Of a stretch of 64,000 bases of DNA, positions 13,701-27,430 are shown piece after piece (position 1 is the stretch's first letter; every line of letters begins with the position of its first letter). The notes under the pieces were generated by a model. It was given only the letters and a program-made list of their open reading frames with translations, did not search any database and was not told where the DNA came from. This DNA comes from Paramecium tetraurelia (Eukaryota), in assembly GCA_000165425.1 (NCBI GenBank), contig CT868070.1, forward strand, positions 1 to 64,000, given 5' to 3'. Position numbers and translations under genes: made by a program.

Positions 13701-16700
13701 TGAATTCGAGTGCAATTGTAAAACTCTATATTGTCAAGATTTATTTAATCAGACTATCTTACTGGAGAAAATAGCATTAATTGATTAGAAAAAATAAAAT
13801 TTTGTATTGAAATATTCTTGAGATTTGCACTTCCATATAATTAGAATAGGGGTATAGGTGGATAATTTGTTACATGTAAATGTCTTATTTAAAATTAACA
13901 ATCATAACAGTGTATCAGTGAATATTCTTATGTCAAAGTAGTTAGTTCATTATTTGATACATATCCTTGTCCATTCAAAATCATATTTTTTTGAATTATG
14001 CAATTGTTTATCTTACTTTTTGCTTATGATGCTTCCACGATTAAAATTAGGCTTTGTTTTTTAGGATTGCTTTCTTTTAATAAATTCAATAAATTCTAGG
14101 AGAATGAGACTTTTGTTAAATTCAAATTAAGATAATAATTAGGATTAATTGATGTTAAAGATACTTTTTCATATTTATTTACTTGATGTAAAATGTTAGA
14201 GGAAAAATTGCAATTGATAAATACAAATTATGAGCTAATTTATGACAGCATTTGAATTTCAAATAAAACTGAATCATATAATATAATATCAGTGATATTT
14301 GTATTTGAAACATAAGTAAATTAGCTATTTTATAAATTCATAAGGGTATTGTACATGAACTAATTGAATAGTTGTATATTACATTCTTAATTATTAAATA
14401 GACTTTTAAAATAATACTTTTCATGCAATATTATTACAGAGTTTAAAAATTTAAAGGTATTCGCATTCTTAATAGTAAATTCAGAGTAGCCTATTCCTCT
14501 CTGAATCATCAAAGTATCAAAAATAACAGTATTAGACTCAATATTGATTATGGACAATTCAATGTTCTTATCAAGAGAATCTTTTTAATCATCAATATTA
14601 ATAGCATTGTTGATAAATTCTATATTATTAAGATATACAGAATCTGAATTCAATAATAGGATTAAAGCATGTTTGTTTGAATAAACATTCTCTATGAACT
14701 TACCATTTTTAATTTATATTAATTCAATAAATCTTTAGCTTTGATTGATTAATAATGTGGATTATCCTAAAAATGAGAGTTTTGAATTTTGAATTCTATC
14801 AAAAACAGAATTTTAGAACTTGATATAAAATTTGAATTTTATAAAGTTGAATCTAAAATTGGGAATCCATTTAATTCAGCTTTTTAAATTTACTCAAAAT
14901 TTAAAAAACTTGTAGTGTTTAATAGGATTGAATTTTCAAAAATAAAATTATCTATCCTTAAAATTTCAGTTTATAAAAATTACTCAATTAGAGCAGTATT
15001 TATGAATTAGGAATTTTATATATACAAATTTAATATTTTAGTTTCTACTTTTTAAGATGTGTTATAATTGATTATGGATGTATTCAAAATTTTAACATGA
15101 TTTATAATGAGATCTAATGCTATTAATTTAGAATTTCTTTTTTGATTAGTAATTACAAATAAGCCATATTTAAATTGAACATTAATGTTATGTATCTATA
15201 ATTTCGAAATATTAATTTCGGACGATTCACTAATTTAGATTAAATACTCTTAATAGAATATATCAGTTTAATCTTGATAGATTTTAATGGATTAAAAATC
15301 TACAGTATAACGATTGACATTATCCATTGATACATATCCAGTCTACATTTGAAGATCAATGTTTTCAATTCTTATGTGTGTAAAATTTGAAGGGATAAGC
15401 GATTGTTTAAATTAAGGGTATTGCCAGATCCTTTTAAAATTAAGTTTAATTCAATCAAGCTAAAAGTGTTTGTTTATAAATTTGATTAGATCTTTAGTTC
15501 CTTATTAAAAGAACATAGTTAATTATCTGCAATCGTAAGTTAATAAGTAACTATCTTAACAAAATTTTGATTAAGATAGAGAAAATAGTCATAATACTCA
15601 TATAATGATAAATCCAGATTTTCTAAAAGAATATGAAACTTTCTTTAAATTACCTTTTATTCTTCATTTAATTAATTGAGATAGTTTTCTAAATCAATTT
15701 AGCTACAATAAATTTGAATTTGTATTACAATTTCTTTTTAGAGTTCCTAAATATTATCACATTTGATAAATTAGTGAATATCCTAATCGTAAAATAAGTC
15801 ACTAGATAATGGTGCTATGCATTTATGAGAAAAGTGTTCCAAATCTTTATTATTAAAAAATGGATTGATTATTAATTTCTCATTATCAGTTCTTGGATGA
15901 CATATATTACAATTTTAAGGACATTAAATGCATCTTCCATTATAAACATGGTAATGTGAATCATTAAATTAAATGCAAGAAAGACATACTTATTAATCAT
16001 CAATGATTTTGCATTCCTTACAATTACTAGGACATTTTTAGATACATTTATCATAATATTTAATATAGCCATCTTAACATTCAGTACATATCATCTCAAT
16101 CTCATTATTATTAAGGTTTTAAGTTAAATACGAATAATTTTCTATATAAAAATCAGATAAAATTGTGTAAATAGGCATAAGTGAGTGTTTTTGCATTCTG
16201 GATGAATCAACTTAAATGCAAGTTTTGCATTCTGAATTGCATGCTTGCAAAAGCTTGAATAATAATCATTATAATAACCATCTTCACATAAAAAGCAGCG
16301 ACTATAAATTTCCCAATCCTTTCTGTAACAAATAAGACAGTGAGGAATAAATTGATTGCAGAATCCAGATCCAAGCGGCATTACATAATTGACACCAAGA
16401 GCGCAATAAAAGAGATTTTATATATGAATTGCTTGATAGCATCCACTTAATCTTTACTCAACTGTTGTAGGAGTACAAGTATATTAATATTTTCAGTTTC
16501 TAATATGGAGGCAGCTAAACAATAGATACAACCTGTTAGAATATTTTTCAATTCTTAAGGTTGAAAATCATAAATTAGGGTATTTATAGAAGTAGATCTT
16601 ATGGAAAATTGAAAAGGATATATACAAAGATCTATATTATTAAGGTAACAGCTTTCCCCATCAAGAGATATATACGCATTATGATTACATTTTAAACACT

Positions 16701-18823
16701 TCATATATTCTTTACCAGTATATTTGTTCAATATCTTTTTACAAATTTAACAAAGTTCACCACATTTTTAACAACTTTCATTAAATAAAGAGTGTCCTTA
16801 TTAACAATCTAAACATCTTACTTACTCTAATTGTTTATCTAAAGTACATGATAAGCAACCCTAAGGACATTGTTAACAATGATTATTTTTTAAATAAAAC
16901 CCTTGATTACACTCTATACAGATTTCTGTATCTTTTCACTTAATGCAATTCAATTCACATAACTCACATGTATTATCCTTAGGATATAAATACTATTTGC
17001 ATTGATAATATGTATTTAATCCATTCACATTCTTAATAATTGATTACGAATTTTTGGTTTCAGTAAGATGTTCGCATCCAGAACACAGTTCTGTGACCAT
17101 CAAATCAAAATTGATGATAAATATTTCTTAGGATTGATAGTCTAATTATGGTTATAATAGAATTTAGAGTCATCAGTTCTGTAATCAATATTCCAAATTG
17201 GGTTTAAGTACCAATTTTGAGAATTTAATATACAATTTATTCAATTTACTGAATTATGACCTTGGCCGAAATAAGGGCTCCAAATTAACAATATAAATAC
17301 CATTTAATGCATCCCAAGAATTTCAAGTTCTTCCATACTTCAAAGTAGCCATAACTGTACTTTTTATTGTTTTTTACTTCAATGATATTGAACTCTTTAT
17401 AAAACTTTTTTTACTCGGAAACAGAGTTTAAAAAGGTTTCTAATTATTAAAATACATTACTTTGGCATATTAAACCACCTGTTTCCTCGTAGTTAGATTT
17501 ACACTAACATTAATGAAGATCAGTTTACAAATATCTATTTATTCATCGTAACATGATGCACAATCATATTAGGTAGGCCCTGTGCAAATTTTACAGCGTG
17601 CATTGCAATCTATTAGATAATTATATCTTCTCATGTTAGAATCTTTTCCAAAATGATATTCTATATTTTAACACTATTTAAATCTTAAATTTGAAATCAA
17701 ACCTTCAAAAGGCAATATTTGTACACTTTACTAATCTGTGAATAATGTTATTGTGGCATGATAATTAGAAAATTATTGGTAATTGTTAATATTCATCAGA
17801 AGATATTATTCTCATGTGTCCCAGCAAGATTGATACAATGAAATGTAAATGTATTGCTTATCATAAAACTTCTAAAATTAATATTTGAAGTAGCTCCATT
17901 ATTCAAAGTTTTATCTAGGTTTATAAAATTATGTATGCAAGTTAAAACCTATTCGTTCTCATTTCTTCAGGTATAAGATAATTGAATATTGTCTTCTTTT
18001 ATAATATAACAAATCTCTCTTTATCCAAAAATCAAACATATTGATAAACCCTAGAATATCCGCTTGATAATCGCGAACACTACAATTTCGCTAATAATAT
18101 GTTTCATTAAAAAAATATAATTCAACAGGTTTTCGACTTATTGGAGGTTAACATTTTGACATAAATTAAATAAATTAATTTTTCCCCTTATCATCAAAAA
18201 ATATAATTGAACTTTCAAATGTAATAATTATCGAAATTCCCCAAAAATAATTTGAGATGGAATCCATAAGGTCCTATAACGTAATATCCCTAACCTCCAT
18301 GTTGTAATTTAGAATTAGTATTTAATGTTTTCAATCCAAAATTAGTTTATAAAAAATTATAATAAGCACTATTCGCTGTATTAAATTAAGCATAATTGTA
18401 TTTTTTATTGGAATTAAAACTAAAATATGTAAAAATCCAACATCCCTCATAAATAAAGTCACCATATTAAATCTCATAATAGGCGACCCCATGCATTGTA
18501 TTGAACATTATGGCTAGCACTGGTTACTGTGTATAATAAATTGGAAATTAAAAGAATAAAGTTTGTATTTTTCCATCAATTTGTAAATTTAGGATATGAA
18601 ATCCATCAACAATAAGGCTTGAATCAAAATTTGGATTTGATTTATCTAAATAGTAATTTTTTCTTTGAGGAGCATATTGAGTCCATACACCAAATGCATA
18701 TTCATTTCCTCTTACATAACTCTTTTCTTGATAAAAGTTGTCACTTCTCAATTAGAATTAATCAAAATCGGTGTATGAACATGTTGATTAGACTAACCTT
18801 AATATATAAAATATCCAAATCAT
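10722..18823 (-). pseudogene. Gene D: full-span paralogue of gene C (giant Cys-rich/beta-helix/multi-TM protein), probably pseudogenised
   Basis: ATG 18823 (MIWIFYILRLVQSTCSYTDFD...), TGA 10722-10724, collinear with 44825-53733. Lesions versus C: -1 nt at ~12385, -2 nt at ~12072, 30-nt deletion ~13419, 627-nt deletion ~13960, ~110-nt deletion ~18010. Confidence 0.75.
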
Positions 18824-18879
18824 ATATTTATGATAATCTAATTAATATAATGGGATAATCATTAAAATAATGCTGGAAA

Positions 18880-19250
18880 ATGTTGTATACAGATAATAAA
18901 TAATACAATTCCTCATCGATTTAGATCGTCTAGCTGAACAAGAATACTATAACATTATATATAATAGGCCATATCTTTCTTTCTTTCTTGAAAAGGATCA
19001 TTAAATACATAAAGATGTATTAATTTAAAATGATCAATATTGTTAAAACTATTATAAAATGGATAGATTTTACCATTTATTCCATCAGAAATAGAAGCAA
19101 TATCTGCACACTCTAAAATCTTATCAAAATAAATGATTAAATAACGAAATAAATTTATTAATGAAATTGTTGAAAATTTCACTCGAGTATTGCAACTATT
19201 CTAATATGGATTTTGTTTGCTAAGAAATAGAGGTTATATCTTACCATTAA
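18880..19250 (-). repeat. Degenerate copy of the C-type upstream region
   Basis: Similar to 54240-54480 and 35250-35460 in the same orientation, and to 7900-8100 inverted. Confidence 0.55.
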
Positions 19251-20139
19251 TTTAAATAGTTAATTATTTTAATAATTAAATTAAGAAATTTTGATAATTT
19301 TCCATATTAATAATAATATTAAATCGTTTTATTTCTTTTATAAACTTTAATTTTATTGTAATTATGAAAAAAATTACTACTAAATTGCCAATTTAGAAAT
19401 AATTTATTAGAAGTTATTTATTCAATGTAAATAAGTAAAGAAAAAATACATACTTTTTCAGTGTAGAGATCATAATTAGGATGCGATATTATAACATTGA
19501 TGTTTGTGCCTCTAAAAAGACTATCCTATTCTATAAAAGGTTTTAATCGTTCTAATACTTCCATTTAAAATTAAGTAGTCTTGCCGTTTATATTTCTTAT
19601 ACATTTTAAAAATTTCAGTTTTATTTGGTAATTATATAATTTGTTATATAAATAGAGATTAACCAAGGTTTTATATGTTGATTATAATTAATTTTTTTTA
19701 TATGAGATTCCTTGTCTAATACAAATTTACCTATATTTGGACTATAAAATACAATCTGAAAATCCAGAAAGTTGTAAATTGTCAAAACATACTTGAAATA
19801 ATATGGGAAAGAGATTAAAATGTAAATGATCTCTTAATACAAAATATTATTCAAAACTGTGTAGGCTACCTTTTTACTACTTCAATGAAGTCTTCAAGAG
19901 TTATTTCAGCAATTTCAGAACATTTGGACAGTACTCAGTTAGAATTTTCGATTCCTAAAGAGCCTTGTTTTTACTTCCTTATATTCCTTATAGAGACCTT
20001 TTAATAAAAAAATCAATCTCTTCAATATCATGCTACAAAAATTATATGATGTAATTAATTTTTCTAAATCACAAATATTTATTCAAACTAATTTTATAGA
20101 ATAATATATCCATATCTTATTTTGAATATAATGATTATA

Positions 20140-20350
20140 TAATCAGGCAATATACTTTACAGCCAAATCCTTTTTTTAGCGTAGTGATATCTGGTTTAAT
20201 CAGCAATTCTCTCAGTTTATCTAAAACTCTATTTAAAAAAATTCCAAGCACAACCAAGCAAATGGGAAACAAGAATTAAGAGATGCAAGAATTTACGTAT
20301 ATCTATGGCTGATGCAAATTTCTATGTTATTAATATGATTTTCTTACATG
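20140..20350 (-). pseudogene. Remnant of a cyclic-nucleotide-binding-type K+ channel (S4-S5 linker, S5, pre-pore)
   Basis: Minus-strand translation QKFASAIDIRKFLHLLILVSHLLGCAWNFF resembles the S5 'HxxxCxW' motif, followed in a shifted frame by KYIA*LY. Confidence 0.5.
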
Positions 20351-20589
20351 AAATATTAAATTGAGTTAAAAGAAAAGGATTACTATTAAACTTACAAAAA
20401 ATACCATAAAAAAATGAATCATTCATAATATATTCAAATTCATAACTCCTTATTCAAAACATCCATATGGCATTATGCTAAATAACAAGTCGAAAAAAGG
20501 TCAAGGCATTCATTTACAAGTAGAATGTATATATTTATTCATTACTACTAAGATTAACATTTTACAATTAACAAAGGGCTTAAATTTAT

Positions 20590-20981
20590 TTATTATGATA
20601 GCCAATATTTGTAAATAATTTTTAAACATTTTCATTATTGGACCTGTTTGTTTATTATTGTTAATTATTAATTGTCTTGCTCCTACTTTATTCTTCTATA
20701 ATTCTAAAATCAATTTCTCAACTCCATTTATTGATAAATAGATAGAAAACAAATTCTTAAAATTAAATAAGTATAAAATACCATAAGATTATCAATATGA
20801 TATAAATAATTTATTTATCCAAATCCTCGCGTTTTTAACATTAATACAATTTCTTAAGGCTATATTAAACATTTCCTCTAGTATTGTATTATCACAAGCT
20901 TCACAACAAGCCCCTAATTAGCCAATTTGACAAGTCTCATCTCCTTATCTCCATCACTTAAACAAAATTCTATTTTAACAA
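20590..20981 (-). pseudogene. Internal ~390-bp fragment of an A/B-type gene (Cys-rich stalk to first TMs)
   Basis: Reverse complement matches A 4395-4790 closely and B 36950-37350 less closely. Confidence 0.8.
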
Positions 20982-23799
20982 TTATTGAATTGATTGATTA
21001 AAAATAATAATTCATTTTGTTTTCTGGTTTTACATTATATTAATGCTTAACTAAGAAATGTTAATGTTAAAATATATAGGAGTTATTCTTATCTTATCTT
21101 GAATATAATATAAATTGATTGAGAGTCCTACTTTTTCAATTAAAATAAATGAATATTAATCAAACAATATCTTCATAAAATTTTAATTAAGCTCTTTTTA
21201 TAACTTTGATATCTTAACAAGAGTAATACACTCTCAAAAATACCCTCTTCATCTGCCTGAAAATCTTGGGAAGCTTATTATTAGATTTAGGAGTAGCTAT
21301 ATTATACACAATATATATATATCTCTGCAGGGCTTTATGTGTATAAATGTTTATGCTTGATTCACTTGTGATCTTTTTGCATCATGCCTAATATGCCGGT
21401 TGTATGCAAGTTCATGAGATGCTGGTCTCTATAATTGCTTTTCTTTTTGTGATATATTCTTGATTATAGTATAATTTTTGATCAAAAAAATACATTTGAT
21501 TTTATTAATTTTAAATTCTGAACAATTTCACATTTCAGAAATGGGTATTGTAAACTAAATTTCAGCCCTTCATCTTATGTAGTATATTTCTAACTACCTT
21601 TAATGTTCAACCATTGATATCCTTCTGAACTAATATTACCCTAATATTTATTCTATGTTTCCTAAAAAGTATACCACTAGCAATACTTTTAGTGATGCAC
21701 TCCCTGAATTGTATGACCTTTATTGTTTTTCTATTGATATGCTCTAATTTTTTCTACTTTGAATTCTTTGGAATATCGTAATTTAAACCTTAACCCTTAA
21801 GCACATTCGCAGAAGATTTTGTGATGGCTTCCTTGTTTCGACTATTATAAACGTTATTCTTCCTTAAAAAGTGTTCAGGATAAGCAAATGCTTGTGCTGA
21901 AAGCATAATTTGAGGCCAGCTACCTTGTAATTCATCTAGTAAACAATATACTGAAATTGGATTTCATGCATATTCTTCTACTTTCCTCAATATCAATTAC
22001 TTAGAACAGCATCTTCAAATATTGCTCTTGCAAGTAAATTCTAAACTCCTATTTATCATTTATTATAATTTTTTATTAACTTGCACTTAAACACTTTTTA
22101 TCTTATATATCAAGGTTTTTATGATAGTTTAATACATATTTCCAGTCATTTTTGTTCTTAGGATTAAAAAGGTGGCTTTGTACTACCTGCAATAAGTTTG
22201 TTTAACTACTTAATTAAAGGGTTTATTGCTTGAAGAAGTTTGAGCCATTATTACTATTACATGAGCCTTACAATTAAATATTCTGGTAAATTCATATTTT
22301 ACATATATGTAGGTGGTGACACTGCCAATTGAGTTGGCCACTTTAATGCTGGCCTAAATACAGAGGATTAATGATGCTCCCTCCTATGCAAATTGAAATT
22401 CTTCTTGCAAACATACTGTAAATAAAACCAAATTATTGCTTAACCGATTTTGACACCCTACCTATTTCTCCTATATCCATCTTATAAATCATTTCGCTCA
22501 ATCCTGTAAATTACTCTCTTAGCTTCTTTTTTAACAATAATCTTCGAAGCTTTTGGATTTAGTTACAATCTTGACAATAGCAATGTATACTAATAATGCC
22601 TTGCAATTATCATTGGTAAAGGATTTATTTATTCAAGACAATTTCAAAGGGAGTAGTGGATTTATTAAAACTAATGAAGTAATTTCCCTTACAAAACTTT
22701 TATATTAAAATTGCGATTTATGAAGCTTGGACATTATTTTTAATTACCTGATTCATAATATGGCTATACTTTCATTCAAAAAAGGAATCTTGAATATTAT
22801 ATTAGCATGAGGGTTACTACCAAAAGAAAATAAGTTGTAATAGAGAGATGAATCAATTTCTAAAGTATGGCAATCTACTAACGTACTTATGGGTATTATT
22901 ATGACGCTTCCCAAAATCTTGCTGCTAGACTTAATATCCAAGTCTATATTCGTGTTTCGACAAACTTGTGTAAAGTTTGGTGAAAACGATTTGAAGTATT
23001 ATTTTTTAAGCACATTGAATCCTCTAAGTTCAATATGTGAAAATCCTTTAAATTTGGATAACCTGAATTCCATGATGTTTGATATCCATATTTTAGTACT
23101 TATGGGATTCCTGATTTCTCTGGTTTTACGTTGTTTCTTTCCTTCGATTCATAATGTCACTTCCTACGTCATTCGTGGTGGATTAACGTATCGGAAAATC
23201 TTCTTGTTCTCTATATTATAGGGTAATTAATCCTTCTCCTGAGGAGTCACCCCAAGTTAGCTTATAGACAGACCGAGTTTCATCTGATTTCTTATCCGTC
23301 TATGTGTGGACATCTATTTTTTGTCACATTGATATTATAGCCGTTTATAAGAGACTTTTAGACTTTGCCCGTCACATCTAAGGGTGTAGATTGATTATGA
23401 CCCATGTCCTAGGTCAACTTTTATTTTGGGACCAAAAATTCCCTAACTAAATAAAGGTAAATTTAATTTAATCAAATTTGTTTTGGATAGAAAAAAAAGA
23501 AATTAAAATGGTTGGATTAGGAGTTTGTTCTTAAAGGCTTTATGTTAGCTTCAAGTAAGAATAATCTTAAACAGTTTTTCTTAAATCATTTAATAGTAAT
23601 TTAAAAGAACCTATACTGTGCTTTAACAGTTTAATCTGAATTTACAAAGAATATCAAACATAGGCAACAGAGGTGGTAAAAATTTTGGCATGTTGATCAA
23701 AGCACACCTCGTGAGATGAACAGAGCTCAGCAACATAACACTTGCGAATATGCCAAAACAAAACTATGAATTTTACTACCACCATAGCTAGCATTGATA

Positions 23800-26666
23800 A
23801 TTTTATTGAGTATATCCCAATAATGTTCAGGTATTAATCAAATCCTTAATTTAATCTTGGAACATTTCTAATTTGTGTAAGTGCATAAAGTGTTGATTCT
23901 GGCATTTGCAATTTATAGCTTAGACTATTTGGTTTGAAATCTTCTGCATAAACTTTAGAGTTTTAGTGAGATAATCACTATCACATCTAGTGTTCCTCTA
24001 AATATATATTGACTATGATAATTATGATGATTAAGAAAAATGCAAATTTACAAAATAATCAAAGTAAAGATACTTTTATTCTAATCTTCATTAATAGATT
24101 AACAATTTGTTTACTCAAAGAAGTGGTGTTACTTTTTCATGTTTCTGCTAGTTCGAAGTTTTGGCAGTCAATATATCAACCTCCTTTCTGACTAACTAAG
24201 AATAACCAACTCAATAATCTATTTGTATAATGCCGAAGTCAATGGAAATTTTGAAATTTATAAGAAATATAGCATGTAAATGCACTACAATGCGAAATAT
24301 CAAGCAAACTTTAAGCTTAAATAATGCATTAGAGACGATATTAGATTATAAGTCTTAAATGCCATTTAAGTGCACATAAAAGATTTAAATAGTTTTGAAA
24401 ATTCTCGATTAGCTTTTAATATGCATAAATGGTATGCGAGTAAGTTACATGGTGAAATATCACGTGGCTCAAGATTCTACAAAATTTTGTTTCTGCATCT
24501 TTATTCTAGTGCTGACTCACTAGTAAAAACGTCAGCATAAGAAAGCCAAATTAGACAATGAAAAATAAATCGGGAACAACATTTTATTATCCCATATTTA
24601 TCTTAGAATAAAATATATATAGTTCTATGAGGAGAAGGATTTATATAATTTATCAATAACCTTTTAGTTGGGCAAATTAGAAACACTAAACGATTTACAA
24701 GATTCACCTTTATTAATCTAGAATTAAATATCAATTCATAGGTATTTATTCTTTATAGTCATAGAACTCAATATTTTTATATGGTTATTAAGTAAAATAC
24801 CTTTTGATTATATTCAAATAAAAATGGGAATAAATATCTTTAGGATAAAGGCTGCTTCTGTACTTTCTATCCCATTTACAGAAAGTAGAAACTGCCTGAA
24901 TTCAAATTCAATGAATAAATTATCTTCTTTTGATTAGAACAGTATTAGTTATGATGCAGTTGGTTGGAGTGTACTTCCAATAAACAGGGCAGAAATAATA
25001 ATTTCTAATTGTAAATAGCGGCTTTACTCAACAATTTTATTACAAGACAGATATCATCAATAAAGAATAGAATGTACGGGAAAAATTAGCTATAAAAATT
25101 GTGAGAAAGCAAGCTATCAGATAAATAATCTTAATTGTTTAACTATAGTTAATATTAAGATGCAGGACTCAAAATTTATTCCCAAAAAAAAATCTATAAT
25201 TCAGTTGCATTTATTTATGATAATCCTCTGAGATTTTCCTCTCTTTATCGAATTAGATCATCAAAATAAAGAAATACAAAAACATGGACCTCTAGAATTA
25301 AGAAAAAGTTGAGTATGACGAGCAATATCTAACTTAGAAGAATGCAATTAAGGTTATTTAGTTTGAGGTCCATACACCATTTGGAACTAAATAAAATAAC
25401 TTTACAAATTAAGAAAAATTTTCATTAGAGAGCGTAATCTTATTTGGAAAAGCATATTATCTAAAACTCTTGTGCAGCAGTTTTTTTCAAATACTGGGTA
25501 AATTTTTTACACTATAATTATTAGAATGTAAAAACACCTCACCATGAATTTTTTTAAGCGAGATTCATGAGGCATTCTATTACTAGGCCTAAACTTTGAA
25601 AAAATTTACTTTACCCCCTAAATCACTACAACAGGGATATTTGATTTCTTAAGGATCTGTATTTTGTGACCAGAATTTAAGCGAGGCAACGCGATTATCA
25701 CTTTCTAAATGTAATTCATTTAATTCATAATAAATAATTTACAATTTACAATATAAATTAGACTTCATTGATACAGCTATGTCTTTTCTTTTTATATTTT
25801 TCTTTTTCAACGCTATTATTATCATATTTAAGAAAATAATCAATTAATTGATTTATTCCTTTTTAATGGATTATTGAATCATGAATTTATTGTAGTAATT
25901 CCCTGCACTGCAAAAATTCATTTAAATTTTATAGTGTGAGCTAAATTACTCCATTTACCAAATGAGATAATGTTTAAATTTTATAAAATTAAATTATAAA
26001 TTCCATAATGATAATTTAAGAACGGCATATAAAGTTAAATTTTAACATAAAAACAGTTAGATCCATAAAGGGCAGCGCTTTTTTGAAAAACCGTATTCTT
26101 TATCTTGATAATAATTAATTTAATCTTCATATGTGATATGCTGATATTGATAATAAAAATTTTAGGTTCAAAAGATTATATTACCATTTAGTATACAAAT
26201 CTGAAATTTCAATTAATGCATGATAAGTTTTTAGCAAGTACGATAAATGTACTATATTAGCTGACAACTGCCTGATAGATTTTATAAAGTTATTCTTTTA
26301 ACTTAAAAAACAATAATCATCATAGGATTCATATTTAGTGTAAAGTAAAATTTTGCTAACTCAATCTAAGTGAAATCAAATTACCAAAACACTGCTCAAA
26401 TGATACTCAAATCTACGCTTATTAAATGATTAGTTGGAAGACCTAAACTTGACATTCGAAACTTTGCCATTATGAATGATGATTTAATAACATCCAAAAT
26501 ATTATTATGATTTACCATTCCTTAACTATTTATTCCTATGAGATATTGAATTGTGCTATTGAAGTTACTTAAGATTTTCAATTTCATTTATGATTATGAA
26601 GGTTTTCAAAATAAAATAATCGATATTATTAATTAAATAAATTCCTGGTTGGAAAATGAATGATTT
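23800..26666 (+). pseudogene. Heavily decayed coding-like sequence, possibly a distant member of the Cys-rich/beta-helix surface protein family
   Basis: Patchy Cys-containing and I/N/F-rich reading segments broken by many TGA codons and frame changes; no continuous frame found and boundaries are approximate. Confidence 0.3.
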
Positions 26667-26901
26667 NNNNNNNNNNNNNNNNNNNNNNNNNNNNNNNNNN
26701 NNNNNNNNNNNNNNNNNNNNNNNNNNNNNNNNNNNNNNNNNNNNNNNNNNNNNNNNNNNNNNNNNNNNNNNNNNNNNNNNNNNNNNNNNNNNNNNNNNNN
26801 NNNNNNNNNNNNNNNNCTGGCCTGAGCCCGGGTGGGTGCCAGAGCGATCTCGAAAATGATAAGAAATATAAATTAAAAAATGAAACTTTGAATTAATAAC
26901 A

Positions 26902-27430
26902 ATGGGAAACTGTTTTTCATAATCTGCATCTTGCTAAAGACCTTTATTAATTATGATAGGATTGGATGCCGTAGTAAAACTACTATATTATACAAATTAA
27001 GATTAGGAACAGTGGAAAGCTCAACTCCAACAATAGGATATAATTTAGAATAAATATCAAGTAAAAAGTTTGACATAATTTCTTGGGATATTGGAGGAGC
27101 AGATAATTAAGAAACCTTTGGAAACATTACATGAAGAATAGTAAAGGAATAATTTATATTATTGATTGTTCTGATAAAGAACGAATGGATGAGACGAAGT
27201 CCGAATTATATCGAATGTTGCTTAACCCTTTAATGCTTGGATAACCCCATTTAATATATTCAAATAAATAAGACTTAGTAAAAATGAAATCAGAAGAATT
27301 AGAAGTTGAATTAAATATAAACAAAATTTGTAAAAATTGGCATATATAACCAAGTAGCTCAATTACTGGTGAAGGACTTTAAGAAGGATTGAACTGGATT
27401 TAAGAATAACTATAATTATAGCTAAAATGA
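26902..27430 (+). pseudogene. ARF: ADP-ribosylation factor (ARF/ARL) family small GTPase with two -1 frameshifts (pseudogene or read errors)
   Basis: MGNCFS (Gly2), GLDAV[G]KTTILYKL (nt missing ~26974), PTIGYN, WDIGGAD[K]LRNLWKHY (nt missing ~27105), IIDCSDKERM, NKQDL, SSITGEGLQEGLNWI, TGA 27428-27430. Confidence 0.85.

Noticed and set aside
26817..26852. Short GC-rich segment (ctggcctgagcccgggtgggtgccagagcg) as ncRNA or regulatory site
   Set aside because: It lies immediately after a gap; likely vector or poor-quality sequence, with no recognisable RNA fold.
26656..26896. ORFs with X runs (also 36290-36568)
   Set aside because: Artefacts of translating through 150-N gaps.
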